Source: Callorhinchus milii (lineage: Eukaryota). From it: a stretch of DNA of 64,000 nucleotides. This document shows, one piece after another, positions 36,391-49,192 of this stretch (position 1 is the stretch's first letter; the number at the start of each line of letters is the position of its first letter). Where the stretch lies: the NCBI RefSeq assembly GCF_018977255.1, contig NW_024704742.1, forward strand, positions 135,844,001 through 135,908,000, written 5' to 3'. The translations under genes were made by a program, and so were the position numbers. The notes below the pieces were generated by a model that saw only the letters and a program-made list of their open reading frames with translations, was not told the DNA's origin and ran no database searches.

Positions 36391-37629
36391 CCTAGTAATT
36401 AGAGAAGAGAAGGTTTGGTCCTTTCAGAGTGCACGTGGAAAGAGCGTTTTATTCTCAAAGATAAGAGAACCATGACACAGTGTTCCTCCAGCACCTCACT
36501 GGAGTGTCAGCCTAAACTGTGAGCTCAAAGTCTTGATGTGGGAGCTCGAAATCACAACCTTATAAATCAGAGACGCGATGCGATTGAGTGAGCCAGGCTG
36601 ACAATCATATCTCTCCTTAATCTCCTCCAGAGTAGATAACCCATGTCTACCAACCTGCCATCAGAACTAAGCCGCTTCATCCCAAATACTAATTCAGCGA
36701 CTCGTGGCTGGGTATCCTCCAAGATTAGTTTGTCCTTTCTGTGTTTGGGCTCCCAAACTGAACACAATGATCCAGCTGAGATTCCTACTGATGCCAATTT
36801 GGCTCCACATTCCACAACCATCACTCTGGTTATGCTCAGTTTTTTAATCAGAGACTTAATAACTACTTAGAATGCTGACAGAATGCTGGTCTCAGTTGCC
36901 AAAGTTCTGATCCCCAGACTTCAGGCCACAGCTCGACTGATCCTCAGTGTTAGAAGCATATGGTTTGAGTAACGACTGCATAAACTGTGGGCTCTTCAGC
37001 ATTGAAAAATGCCATAGGAACATAATAACAATGATAATAATCCTTGCATTTGATATAGCGCCTTCTCTCGTCTTCGAGACGACTCAAAGCGCTTCATAGA
37101 ATACTCTGTAAAGTGAATTAACTGTATACTTTGTGGGCGAAAGGCGATGGCCAATTGCGCAGAACAGTGTCCTACAAACGTCGTGGATTGAGCGACCAAA
37201 TTATTATTATTATTATTATTTTTTTGAAGGGATTATTACCCGTAGAAAAGCAATCTGCCAATTGACTAACAACCAGGTTCCTACTTACTGCTAGGCAAAC
37301 AGAGACGTGTGGAGTAGGGAATCTTCCCCAAAATTTTGCCATGCCTGGGAATAGCCCCACAAGCATTTTGCCTCCAAATGTGAATGGACACAAAGGGCGA
37401 TCAGATGTAATTGTGGTGGGAATACCAGTGACTGAAGGGGAAGGGGGTAGGAGCTAACAAAAAAGAAGGTGAGCTGGGAGGAGGTGGGGGGAAGAAGCAG
37501 GAAAGGCCTTTTTTCTTTTGCAAAGTATTATTGCACGGCTATCAGCTACAAATTTCCGGCAAATGGAAAGTGAGACACGTCCAACTGACTCTTAGTCATA
37601 GCACGAAATAATGGGCACATCGTCCAAGC

Positions 37630-37960
37630 TCAACAACAACAAATTACATTTGTAAAGCACCTTTCACGTCGGGAGGATGTCCCAAGCAGCTGGACAGTCA
37701 GGGCTGGGGGTTGGGATCAGGAAAGCTGGAGGGCAGGGATGATAGGGTGCAGGGTGTCCAAAAGTTCCAAAGGGTGGGGACAAAGAGGCTGAAAGCCCAA
37801 CCGCCGATGGTAGGGCAGGCTGGACAGTCGACAAGGAGCAGGCCGGAGCATGCTGAGTGAAAAGGTCGACATGGAGTAAGCAGGTCACAGAGGTACGGAG
37901 GAGCAAGGCCATGGAGGGCTCCGAAGGCGAGGACGAGGTTTTGAACTCTATCCCCTGGGG
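37630..37960 (-). mobile_element. L2 LINE 3' fragment
   Basis: caacaacaac tail plus ctttcacgtcgggaggatgtccc. The same 3' end recurs near 4920, 7670, 10080, 12640, 23910, 45740 and 55980. Confidence 0.8.
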
Positions 37961-38129
37961 GCTATAACTCACCTCAAGTACTGCTCAAAACATGACTCAA
38001 ACTGAGTGGAGACACCAATACACATACCCACACATACTCATATATGCATACGCACACTTGCCCACACACACACTGACTGTGCATACACTCAGATACACTC
38101 ACTGACACACCCAGGCTGCTGCTGCTCAC

Positions 38130-38351
38130 CTGGTTGTTGAGAGAGGAGAGGTGTGTAGGGGACTTTGGGCTCCAGGGCACTCATGGGGGGAGGTAGCAGG
38201 GGGTTTGCGAAGCTGCGGAGTGGATGAGTGGGTCGGACACAGGCTGTAGGGATGGTTCTGCTCGGGGCCTCCTCCCCCGACGGGTGTTCAACCTGGGTCT
38301 GGGTTAACATAGACGGCTGCTGAGTGTGCGAGACTGGGACCTCACTCATGG
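38130..38351 (-). CDS. DCC: DCC exon 27 equivalent, P2 motif
   Basis: gcacag|CCATG...ACCAG|gtgagc; 222 nt; [74 protein letters not shown]. Confidence 0.95.
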
Positions 38352-38795
38352 CTGTGCGAAAGAAAGCAGAGGGTGAGACAGCGGTGGGTCAACAGACAGA
38401 GACAAAGCCCAGGAACACACTCACATCCATCAGGCCTGGGTCACAAAACCAATAGTAACCAAATAACCCTTGATTTGATACAGCGCCAATTACAGCCGAA
38501 ACATCTCAAAGTGCTTCACAGGGAATTGGTGTCAAGTAGTGACTGTGTATTTGACTGTGTGGTAAACATGCGGTGAATGTGTGGTGAACATGCGGTGAAC
38601 ATGTGGTCAGCGTATTTTAAGCATGTTGTATGGAGCCAGCGTACATGTGTCACATTCACCTGAACAGAACTCAAGGCTGATTTACTGACACGATCCACAC
38701 ATCGTGTGCAAACGACAACTCATTCCGATTCAATGTCACGAGACACAATGAGGAGGGAGGGAGGGAGGGGAGGGGGGGAAAGGCGAGGTTCTCAC

Positions 38796-38945
38796 CTGAT
38801 ACGAACCCCCGATCGACGGTGAGTGTGGGGAAGGGCATGGTGCGCAGTGTGAACTGCGGGTGTGGGTATCCGCAGGTCGGGGAGGGCAGGATGCCAGGAT
38901 ACTGGGCACTTTCCAATGTCGGGACAGGAATAGCACTGACCACAG
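38796..38945 (-). CDS. DCC: DCC exon 26 equivalent, contains LTVD caspase-site homologue
   Basis: ctccag|CTGTG...ATCAG|gtgaga; 150 nt; [50 protein letters not shown]. Confidence 0.95.
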
Positions 38946-40392
38946 CTGGAGGAGAGAGAGGGGAACAAACCATGGGGAGGGAAGCGGGGAAGAGGGAGGA
39001 GGGGAGGGAGTAAGGAGGGAGGGATGGATGGGGAGAGAAAGAGGAGAAGAATGGAGAGGGGGAGAGAGGTTTTACACACACAGTACTTTTGTTTTCTCTT
39101 TGTGAACAAATTGAACGATTTACATGTAAGGTACGATCAATCTCTTGGCGTTGATTGGTGCTGGTTTCAGAAAACCAGCTCTGGGAACCCACGGCATTGT
39201 TTTATATTTGGAGGAGCAAATTATCTTACGTTTATATGTGGGTCATTTACGTCCTGAAAGCCACACACCACCCCTGATCTGATAAACCCTCGGAGCTCCT
39301 CAGCGCTCCACCAAAACACATCATAATGAGATGTTAATTAACAAGAATAATCCTTAGATTTGATACAGCGCCTTTCGCATCGGAAAGACGTCTAAAAACG
39401 CTTCACAGGATGCACTCTAAAGTGTAATGACTGTCCGTTTGTGGGTGAACGTGTCAGCTAATTTTGAACACATGTCCCATGGACACAAACAGCCATGGAG
39501 TGAGTGACCAATTTTATTCGGGGGGGGATTGTCGGCCAGGACACTGGGAGAGAAAAACTCCCTTCTCTTTTCGAATAGTGACACAGAATCTTTTAACGTC
39601 CATCTGAACAGACAGACGGGACCTCAGTTTAACGTCTCATCCGAAGGACGGCACTCCTGACGAATGCAGTGCTAGACCCCACCACCCAGTACCGCACTGG
39701 AGTGCCAGTTTGACCGATCAAAAAGGGAGCATTGTCAGCCGGGGCACCAGGAGAAACTAGCTTAATACTTTTACAATAATGTCACAGGATCTTTCAACGT
39801 GACCAGGCAGCAACTTGGCTCATCTGCATGACAGAACCTCAGGCGATGTGGCATTCCTCCCAACACCGCATTGACTTGCCAGCCTAGATGTGGGGTTTGA
39901 ACCCATAAAAGAGAGCGCTTAACCAACTGAGTCAAGCTGATACAGTCACATCAAAGTAACCTGACAAGACACTGCGAGGTAGAAATCATCGCAGACCTGG
40001 ATTTACTTTATTAAATTATTATTGATAACTCTTAATTTATTTCCGTGCTACTTGTAAATTTTTATCCTGGTGTGCTGGCTGACAATAGGTAAGATGGATG
40101 TTGATAGGGTGTTTCCACTTGTTGGTGAGTCCAAAAATGAAGGGGTATAAATAATATAAGATGGAGCAGTAACAGATCTAACATTTAGGAGGAACTTCTT
40201 CACACAGAGGCTCGTGAGAACGTGGAATTCACTGCTGTGATTAAAGCAAAAAAAAATCAACAACAAATTGCACTTACACAATGTCCTTCACATAGGATAA
40301 TGTCTCTGAATGCTTTAAAGGGACGGTATCAACCTCGAAGCCAACGGGAGAAGTGACCATAGGTGCAGTCGAAGAGGCAGGTTTAGAGACAG

Positions 40393-40763
40393 GATAATAA
40401 TAATAGTAGTAATAATAATCCTTACATTTGATATAGCGCCTGATCATGTCGTTTAGACTTCTCAAAGTGCTTCACAGAATATGTTGTAAAGTGGATTTAC
40501 TGTGTAATTTGTGGGTGAAACACGCAGCCAATTGTGCACAGCAGTGTCCCACAAACACTCGTGACCACAGTGACCACATTTTTTTGGGAGGGATTATTAC
40601 CCCCGGAATCGATACGCCAATCGATCAATAACCAGGTTCCTACGAAGTAAACAGAGGCGTGTGGAGTAAGAAAATTCGCCTACTCGGTTTCACCCCGACC
40701 ATGAATTGTACCTGGGTTCTCTCGCTTGCGAGGCGAATGCCTCTACTATGATATGGGACTCCA
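40393..40763 (-). mobile_element. SINE family A
   Basis: Complete from tail to head; a further partial copy lies at ~40990-41200. Confidence 0.85.
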
Positions 40764-41433
40764 TAAGTCTAAGAGCCAGGTTGTGAGTGGAGCCTGGCAA
40801 GAACTGGGCGCTGAGTTTGGCGCACGCAAGGATATGAGCTCTCGAGATTTAAAGTTCTCTCACTGTCAGCAGATCAATGGAATCTCATTACAAATTACTG
40901 ATGACTGCATCTGGCTCTTCGTGGAAACGGGATAAAGAGCTGATCTCTGAGATATCAGAGTACACGTCAGCAATGGTAGTGTCCTGCTATAATAATAATA
41001 ATAATCCTTGCATTTGGTACGGCACCTTATCTTGTCATACACAAAGCACTTCACAGAGTACATCGTAAAGTGGATTGTCTGTGTATTTTTGTGGGTGAAA
41101 TGGGGCAGCCAATTGCGCACAGCAGTGTCCCACAAACAACCGTGGATTCAGTGACTAAATTATTTTTTTTTTTGAAGGGATTACCCCCGTAAAGCGATCC
41201 ACCTGACAACAAAATCAGCCATTCACTTCACGGCTGTTTTTCGGACATTGCCCTGTGTAAATTGGCTGTTAGGTTTGTCTACAAAACACAAAGTCACTGC
41301 ACTTCACAGTGAATCCTGCAAAGCATCTTAAGACATCCTCCCGACCTGTCAAGGTAAAATATATCAAATGTAAGGAGAATTGTCGCGTTAAAAGAGAAGG
41401 GGTCTGAGTGTCAGAAGCAGTGACGTTACTCAC

Positions 41434-41550
41434 TTGGGTTGCTGGGTTGAGAGTCCATAGGAATCATCAGTTTAGGACGTGTGCCTCTACGAGCAGTGAC
41501 TGAACGTTCAAGAGTTGACATGCTGCTCCCCACTTCATCAGGATCGGGCC
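41434..41550 (-). CDS. DCC: DCC exon 25 equivalent
   Basis: ccacag|GGCCC...CCCAA|gtgagt; 117 nt; [39 protein letters not shown]. Confidence 0.95.
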
Positions 41551-41770
41551 CTGTGGGGGGAGGAAGAGCAGAAGGAAACATTTAGATCTTTTTTCCTATT
41601 TTCACCCACAAACTATACAGTCAATTCGCTTGACAGTATATTCTGTGAAGCGCTTTCAGACGCCTCGAAGACGTGATAAGGATAAGGCGCTAAATCAAAT
41701 GCAAGGATTATTATTATGTCCAAGTTGCTGTTGTTGATACCTAGTTGGCTAATTGGCTAAAGACATTAAG

Positions 41771-41875
41771 TCTTTTCTACCGAAAGGTCATCGGCCTGAA
41801 ACGTTAACTCACTTTCCTTTCTCCATAGATGCTGCCTGACCTGCTGAGTGTTCCCAGCGACTTGTGTTTTCAAGT
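41771..41875 (+). mobile_element. Penelope-related short repeat with degenerate hammerhead motif
   Basis: cgaaaggtcatcggcctgaaacgttaactc...gatgctgcctgacctgctgag; near-identical to 45795-45930. Confidence 0.7.
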
Positions 41876-43462
41876 TTATTATGCGTTGATTTTTAATGGC
41901 ATTTCCTAACAAGGAAAATTCAGTAAACAGCAACAACAACTTGCATTTATGGAGCACCCCTCACACGGGGTAGTGTCCCGGAGCCCTTAAGAGCTCTGCG
42001 GATGGGTAATAAGCGTTTACACTTGCCTTATAGACCCCCTCACTCCCCCGCTTCCCTCAACTCAGACTTCTTATTAAAAAAATCCAGTTAGAAATTGTTG
42101 ATTTGATTAATTTCTCCGCTAACGGTAAGCGCTCTGAGACGCTACCCTAAGTGGAGGGCGCTATATAAGTGCAAGTTGTTGTGGTTGTAGAAATGATCGC
42201 ATGCTGGAGAGCTTAGAACGCTTCCTGTTAGAGAAAGTTGAGGTGATACTGTCCAGCCGTTTAAGGTAATGATTTGCGGGAATTAATTGGGAAAGGGTTT
42301 TTCCCAAAGAGTAATGGTGGTGTGGAATGATTCACCGAGGGATAGACGAATGGGGCATTTAACATGCAGAGAATTGGGCTTAGGATGACAGTCTTGGAGG
42401 AGCAATGATCGACACCAGATTATAGGTCAAAATGGCCTCCTACTGTGTCTGTTTTTCTCTAGTTTCTCTGGTATCTGCTGAATGAGATTGTGGTTAGCTA
42501 GCAGGGATATTACGCTCCAACACCATCAGTAAGTAGCTGCCCGCAGGCTTAAATCCTTTAATACTGGAGCTGCATGGCTTCACGTCATTGGAGAATGTAG
42601 ATTGTAGAGGATTTGCAGGTCCCAAATCAAATTATATATGGTCCCATTTACCGACATTTCCTACACACAAGTAAAGTTGAAAATATTCGATAATTTGATA
42701 TTATTATTTCAGTTCGTTTCATCAAATTTGACATGCCGTCTTATCACGCAAATAATACATCGGAAAGACGCCTCCATACACTTCGCATGATTTTCCTACA
42801 AAGTGTAGTGACTATGAGTTTTGTCAGTAAAGATTGGAAAAGACAAGGGAGTTTCTAATTCAAAGTTTGATAATGTTTAACTGGGGGGAACTAGTAGAAG
42901 TATTTAATATTATAAATGGGTTTGATAAGTTTAACACAAATGGGCTGTTTCCGCTGGTTGGGTAGTCCATAACCAGGGGACAAAAATATAAGATAGCGAC
43001 TAGGATCTAAAAGATAATTTAGGAGGAACTACTTCACATAGAGGGTAGTGAGATTGTGGAACTCGCTGCTTGAAGTGGTGGTTAAATCATGTAGTGCAGA
43101 AGCATTCAAGAGGAATCTAGACCTTTATATGAGGGAGAGAGGAATAGAAGGACGTGGGAGGAAGTAAGAAATGAGTGAAGACTCCTGAGGAGTATAAACA
43201 ACGGTATGAACTGGTTGGGCCAAGTTGCCTGTTTCCGTGCTGTAAAGGCTTTGTAAATGTTGGTAACTCCTGACTCCAGGCTGTTTGCATGAATATTTTC
43301 TCCCAATGCCCCGGGCAATAACACCAGATAAATCATTCATGGCGGTTTGTCATGGCTGTCAGTATATTGGCCGCAGAGTTTGCCCACAAATCTTCAGTTG
43401 GTACACTTAACAACAATTTCCTGTCAAAAGTTATTCATGGTTATACAGGTGATGTATCAAAA

Positions 43463-45100
43463 GAATCATAGAATCATAGAATTCCACAGCATAGAAGGAG
43501 GCCATTTGGCCCATCGTGTATGTGCCGGCTCTTTGAAAAGAGCTATCCAATTCAACCCCACTCCCCGCGCTCTCCCTGTAGCCCTGCAAACTTGTCCTCC
43601 CCAAATAATTATCTCTCTTAAAACCTGTTATCGAATCGGCTTTCACCACCCTTTCAGGCAATGCATTCCAAATCCCAACAACTCGCTGTGTGAAAACATT
43701 TCTCCTCACCTCCCCTCTGTTTCTTTTAACCGGTTCATCATAACCTTCCTGACTTTTGTATTCTATGCCCCTATTAATAAAGCCTAGTATCCCATATGCT
43801 TTTTGAACAGCTTTATCTACCTGTCCTACCACCTTCAAAGATTTACTTATACGAATCCCCAGGTCTCTCTGTTCCTTCACCCCTTTTGATTGTACCATCA
43901 GCTTATATTACCCCTTCTCATTCTTCCTCCCAATTGCATCACTTCACATTTCTCCACATTAAACTTCATCTGCCACGTGTCTGCCCATTTTACCAGTCTG
44001 TCTATGTCCCCTTGCAATTTGCTATTATCCTCCTCACTGTTTACTACTTTTCCAGCTTAGTATCATTGCAAATCTGGAAATTGTACTCCTTATACCCAAG
44101 TCCAGGTCATTTATATAGATCAAAAACAGTGTGATCCCAATACTCACCCCTGGGGGACTCCACTGAACACTTCCCTCCAGTCAGAAAAACAACCATTCAC
44201 CACCACTCTCTGCTTTCTGTCTCCCAGCCAGTTCTGTGGCCATGCTGCCACTGTTGCTTCCTTCCTCGTTGGGCTGGACACATACTGATCCAGATAGTTA
44301 TCCTGCACAGATTTCAGGAATCCTTCCCCCTCCTTGCCCTTTACACTGTTATTTTGCCAGTCTATGTGAGGATAATTGAAGTCCCCCATTATCACGACTC
44401 TGTTGGTTTTGTATCTTTCTGAAGTCTACTTGCAGATTTGTTTGTCTATCTCCTGCCCACTATTTGGTGGTCTATAGAACACACCTAACAGAGTAACAGC
44501 TCCTTTTCTGCTCCTTAACGCCAACCAAATAGATTCCGTTTTTGGACTCTCTGGCACATCGGCCCTTTCAATATTTTTAATCAATATTGCCAAACCCCCT
44601 CCTTTTTTTCCTTCCCTATCCCTCCTGACTACATTGTAGCCAGGCATATTCAGCTCCCATTCCTGGCCTAGTTTGAGCCATGTCTCCGTTATTGCCACAA
44701 CATCATAACCCCATGTGGCAACTTGAGCCCGCAGCTCCCCAATCTTATTTGTCACACTCCGTGCATTTACACACAAGCACTCCCAAGACCGACTCTGCAT
44801 TTCTCCCCCGTTAATCATCCTGGAGTTCCACATGGCACGCATTGTGTATGTAACCAGTCTCAGCTGCTCTGCCATATTCCCAGACATGTTTTAATATAAG
44901 CTATATTATTTTAATATAATATATAATATATATAATTTTATGTGATATATTATTTTAATATAACTTATACATTTTATAGTTATGCAGCTCTTTCCCCCTC
45001 TGCACCGAATTCCCACTCTCACCAAACTTCTTAACAGAATTCTCACTCTGTTCCACCTCACTCAGTTTCCTCCTCACGCCGCTGGGCTCTCTGCTCAAGA
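43463..45100 (-). mobile_element. CR1 LINE retaining both ends, with several internal deletions
   Basis: APE: CLCVNARSVTNK, VVAITETWL, GVFYRPPN, MGDFNYP; joined in frame to RT WLGDRKQRVVVNG...SGVPQG; ATTCTATG tail at 43463; probable ORF1 start near 44887. Confidence 0.9.
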
Positions 45101-45794
45101 AATAATTATTTAGCAGTAATTTGAAGGTTTTTCATTCTAATCTTCAAATGCTTCCATGCCCTTACCACTGTGATTGCCTGCTGTCCTATTCCCCCTCTTG
45201 CCCCTTCCTTCCAGCCCCCCAACTCAGACCTGCTCCATATTCTTCCCTCCACCACCCCCCTCCACCCAGCCAACCTCCACCATTGCTGGGCAAGATTTCA
45301 GTCACTGTGCCCCTGTTCTCTGGAACTCTCTCCCCATCACCTCACTTCTCCATCTCCATCTCCTTCTCCATCCTAGATGTCAGACTGGCTTAATCAGTAG
45401 CACTCTCGCCTCTGAGTCAGAATGCTGTGAGTTCAAGTCCTAAGGTGGGAATATGATCTTTCATAGTATAGGCTGACACACTAATATAGTGCTGGGGGGA
45501 GCACTACATTGTTGGAGGTGGCATCGGATGTGATGTTAATTCCCCAATCCTCTGGAATTGTATCCTAGAGTCCCTTTGCCTTGACCCTTCCCTCCCCTCC
45601 TTCAAGGTTCATCTGAAGACCTTCCTCTTTCACCACACCTTCAGTCATGACCTACCCCGCTTTGCCCACCCCTGCCAAATCTAATCCCAGTTCAGGTACA
45701 AACCCTCGACTGTCCAGCGCCTCGGGATGTCCTCTCGACATGAAAGGCACTACATGAATGTAATAAAAATAGAAGTCGCTGGGAACAGACGCCA

Positions 45795-45930
45795 TTCTGA
45801 CAAAAGGTCATCGAGCTGAAACATTAACTCACTTTCCTTTCTCCATAGATGCTGCCTGACCTGCTGAGTGTTCCCAACGACTTCTGTTTTTATTTCAGAT
45901 TTCCAGCATCTGCAGTATTTGCATTTTGTC
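45795..45930 (+). mobile_element. Penelope-related short repeat with degenerate hammerhead motif
   Basis: ttctgacaaaaggtcatcgagctgaaacattaactc...tttcagatttccagcatctgcagtattt. Confidence 0.7.
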
Positions 45931-46219
45931 ATCGGGATGGTCCAACCTTTTTGGTTGCTGAGGGCTGAATGCCCTAGTTGAGAAACATTTGTGGGCCTCA
46001 TAAGCAATATTTTTGTGTTTCCCTTCCAAAAACATAACATTTTACTGATTATGAATGGAGCGGTTGGACCAGATGAATTGGGGGGGAGAGAAATCAGCCT
46101 GTGGACTGCTTGTTGGACCACCTAAGTCAACTTAAATACAATTTGGTGGTGTTGTTTTCTGCGTGCGAGGTGCTGTGCTGTATGAGTTCAGGTTGCTGTT
46201 GGTATTGACTTGAGCTTAC

Positions 46220-46449
46220 CTGAGTGAGAGCCACTCTTGCTGGTCAGCTGGTGTTCTGACTGGCTCTGGCTGACGGGGGTGATGTTCTGACAGCTTTGGT
46301 GTGCGGGTGAGCTTCTGACACTGGGCTCTGTGCCTGGGGGCTTCTCAATGTTTTTCATCTCCATCTCCTCGTGGTGGATCCACAGGTCTGGGGGCCTCAG
46401 GTCTTTTTGGCTCCCCTTCCTTTTACCTCCACTGTGTGCTGCACGTTTC
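46220..46449 (-). CDS. DCC: DCC exon 24 equivalent, cytoplasmic P1 motif
   Basis: ctccag|GAAAC...CTCAG|gtaagc; 230 nt; [76 protein letters not shown]. Confidence 0.96.
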
Positions 46450-46958
46450 CTGGAGACAGAAACACATTAGCAAACGTTGCATAATAATAATTTGGTCACT
46501 CAATCCACGACTGTTTGTGGGACACTGCTATGTGCAATTAACTGCCACTTTTTGTCCACAAAATATACAGTCAGTTTACTTGACAGTATATTTATTCTGT
46601 GAAGCGCTTTGAGACGTCTCGAAGATGTGATAAGGTGCTATATCAAATGCAAGGAATGTTATTATTAAAAGGTCACAGGAGTTTTGAAGAAGAGGACTCG
46701 TACAGGAAGGGCAGAGATGAGCAGGAATACTCCTCTGTGTTAATTAGCATATGGAACTCATTAAGGAATTTCGTATCAATTCCTTAACTAACGTCATTCT
46801 CTAACCTGTCCCTCACACCCTGCACCCAGTCTGCTATACCTCATACCCTCGCCCGACTTTCGCCGGAGGGGAGGAGGTGGGGAGGCAAAAGGACTGTGGG
46901 ATGGAGTTCCAAAGAGTCTGGCTCGCTGTTTCTCTGTTGATCCAGACGAGGCACCTAC

Positions 46959-47121
46959 TTTCTCTGCTGTGCTGAGGAACGGCGGGTACAGATGATAGCC
47001 ACCACAATGACCACGACCACGGTCACGGCTCCGATGGACACCACGATGATCACCAGCAGGTTACTGTTCTTCTGAGGAGTCACGCTGCCGTGCGGTGGGT
47101 GCATCTGACCAATCGGGGGCT
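46959..47121 (-). CDS. DCC: DCC exon 23 equivalent, transmembrane helix
   Basis: ccccag|AGCCC...AGAAA|gtaggt; 163 nt; [56 protein letters not shown]. Confidence 0.96.
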
Positions 47122-48832
47122 CTGGGGAGGAGACAAGCAAAAGCCAACAAGAGTTATTACGGTCTGGAATGCACTGCCTGAAAGGGTGGTGGATGCAGAT
47201 TTTATAGTAGCTTTCAAAAGGGAATTGATAGCTACAATGCAATACAAAATTACATTTCTACCGCGCCTTTTACATCGGGAGGACTTTGCAAGGCATTGGA
47301 GGTGTTTATAAAGTCCCAAGGTGCTTAAAAAGGAAGGTTATGGGGTAAGAGCGGGGGAGTGGGACTAGTTGGAAGCTCTTTCAAAGAGCCAGCACAGGCA
47401 CGAGGGGCCGAATGGCCTCCTTCCGTGCTGCAAGATTCTATAATTGAAATTAAAAAATACTGGGTATCGTTTGCAGTAGTTTTGAAAAACATTCCTTGTG
47501 TTATTTAGGAAATATTGATAACCACCCTCTGCTCTCACTCTGTTCTCCATGTGTATTTTTTTGTCTCTTACAAAATACCCAGGCCACCATTATTTTTTTT
47601 CCTCTGAGGCGAGCGATTTTTGATTTTGTGACCTTGTGTTTTTTTAATCATAATAATAACCCTGTGCGCAATTGGCTGCCGCATTTCGCTCACAAAGTCA
47701 GTCCACTTTAAAATATATTCCTTGAAGCGCTTTGAGACGTCCCATTGATTCGATAATCCAAGGATCGTCAATAATAATTATGGTATAATGGCATAACATT
47801 TGGTATAAGACTGAGCGCTCAACTTGCCCAAAGAGGGACGTAAGTCCTTGTGACACTGGAATGAGCGCAGTCAGTTGAGGAAGAGCTCAAATCCCCTCTC
47901 TTCCTGTCTGAGAGCAGCCCGGATACTAATCACAATGAACAAATCCCTTCAGAGAAGACCACTCTCCTTCCAGCTGAATTATTGGGAAGTGAAGCATGTT
48001 GAGCAGGAGCAGGCCGGGCAGGCTGTGGACATGGGAGCGGAGAGGAAGGCACCAATCCTGCCAACAGGACAGAGCAGTCCCACTTGACTTGGGGGTGGTG
48101 GGGGATTATCAAAGTGAGCATTAATTGGCAGCTTCATAGACTGCACACTGTGCCTTGAAGTGACTGCGGGGAGTAACTTCATGGCAAGACATCTGAGGAC
48201 CTTTCAATGTTGTAACATTATTATTCTAGTAAAAAGGCACGTCTCCTTACTCCACACGCCGCTGTTTACCTAGCAGTAAGTACAACCCGGTTGTTAAGTC
48301 AATTGATAATAATAATAATATAGCGCCTTATCACGTCGTTGAGACATCTCAAAGCGCTTCACAAAATGTATACAAAATACATTATATTCCGTGAAGCGCT
48401 TTGAGATACCTCAATGATGTGAAAAGGTACTACATCAAATGCAAGGATTATTATTATTACAGAAAAAAAAGCTTAAAAAATTAAAGACTGCGTTTGTTGA
48501 TTTGACAAATTGTGAATGCTGTGAAATGCTGTGTTATTAAGAGTAAATCTAGACTCCGAGCGGAAAGCCTAGCCATTGATGTGCTGAACACCACTAAATA
48601 AATCATTCCCTGTAAGAAAGGCACAATCCCTGAGGGGCTTTTATAGAGATGTGCAAGATGCTTAATGTAACAGCTAAACAATCCTTTCAGATATGCCGAG
48701 ACACCAAGACAAGAGGGCACAGGGTCAGGTTGGGTGAGGGGCAATTTCAGGACACGAGGAAGTATTTCCTTACATAGATGGGGATTAACCAATAGGGGAT
48801 ATGGGAAGGGTGGCTGAGGGCAAGATTCATTT

Positions 48833-49192
48833 AATAATAATAATAATCCTTGCATTTGATATAGTGCCTTATCACGACTTCGAGACTTCTTAAAGCGCTT
48901 CAGAGAATATACTGTGAAGTGGATTGACGATGTGTTTTGCGGGTGAAACACGGCAGGCAGTTGCAGACAGCAGTGTCCCACAGACGGTTGTGGATCGAGT
49001 GACCAAATTATTTTTTGAAGGGATTACTACCCCCAGAAAAGCGACCCGCCAATCGACTAACAACTGGGCTCCTACTCACTGCTGGGTCAACAGAAGTGTG
49101 TGGAGTAAGGAAACTTGCCTAGTTTCACCACACCCGCGATTTGAAACCCAGGCCCTATCGTTTTGCGAGGCGAATGCTCTAACCACTACGCC
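48833..49192 (-). mobile_element. SINE family A
   Basis: Complete from tail to head. Other family A copies or fragments lie near 4360, 5320, 9250, 37035, 46480, 57895, 58235 and 63755. Confidence 0.88.

Noticed and set aside
38564..38606. Short direct repeats (ggtgaacatgY) and the 49-bp duplication as possible CRISPR-like arrays
   Set aside because: No unique spacers, no cas genes and a eukaryotic context; simple tandem slippage.
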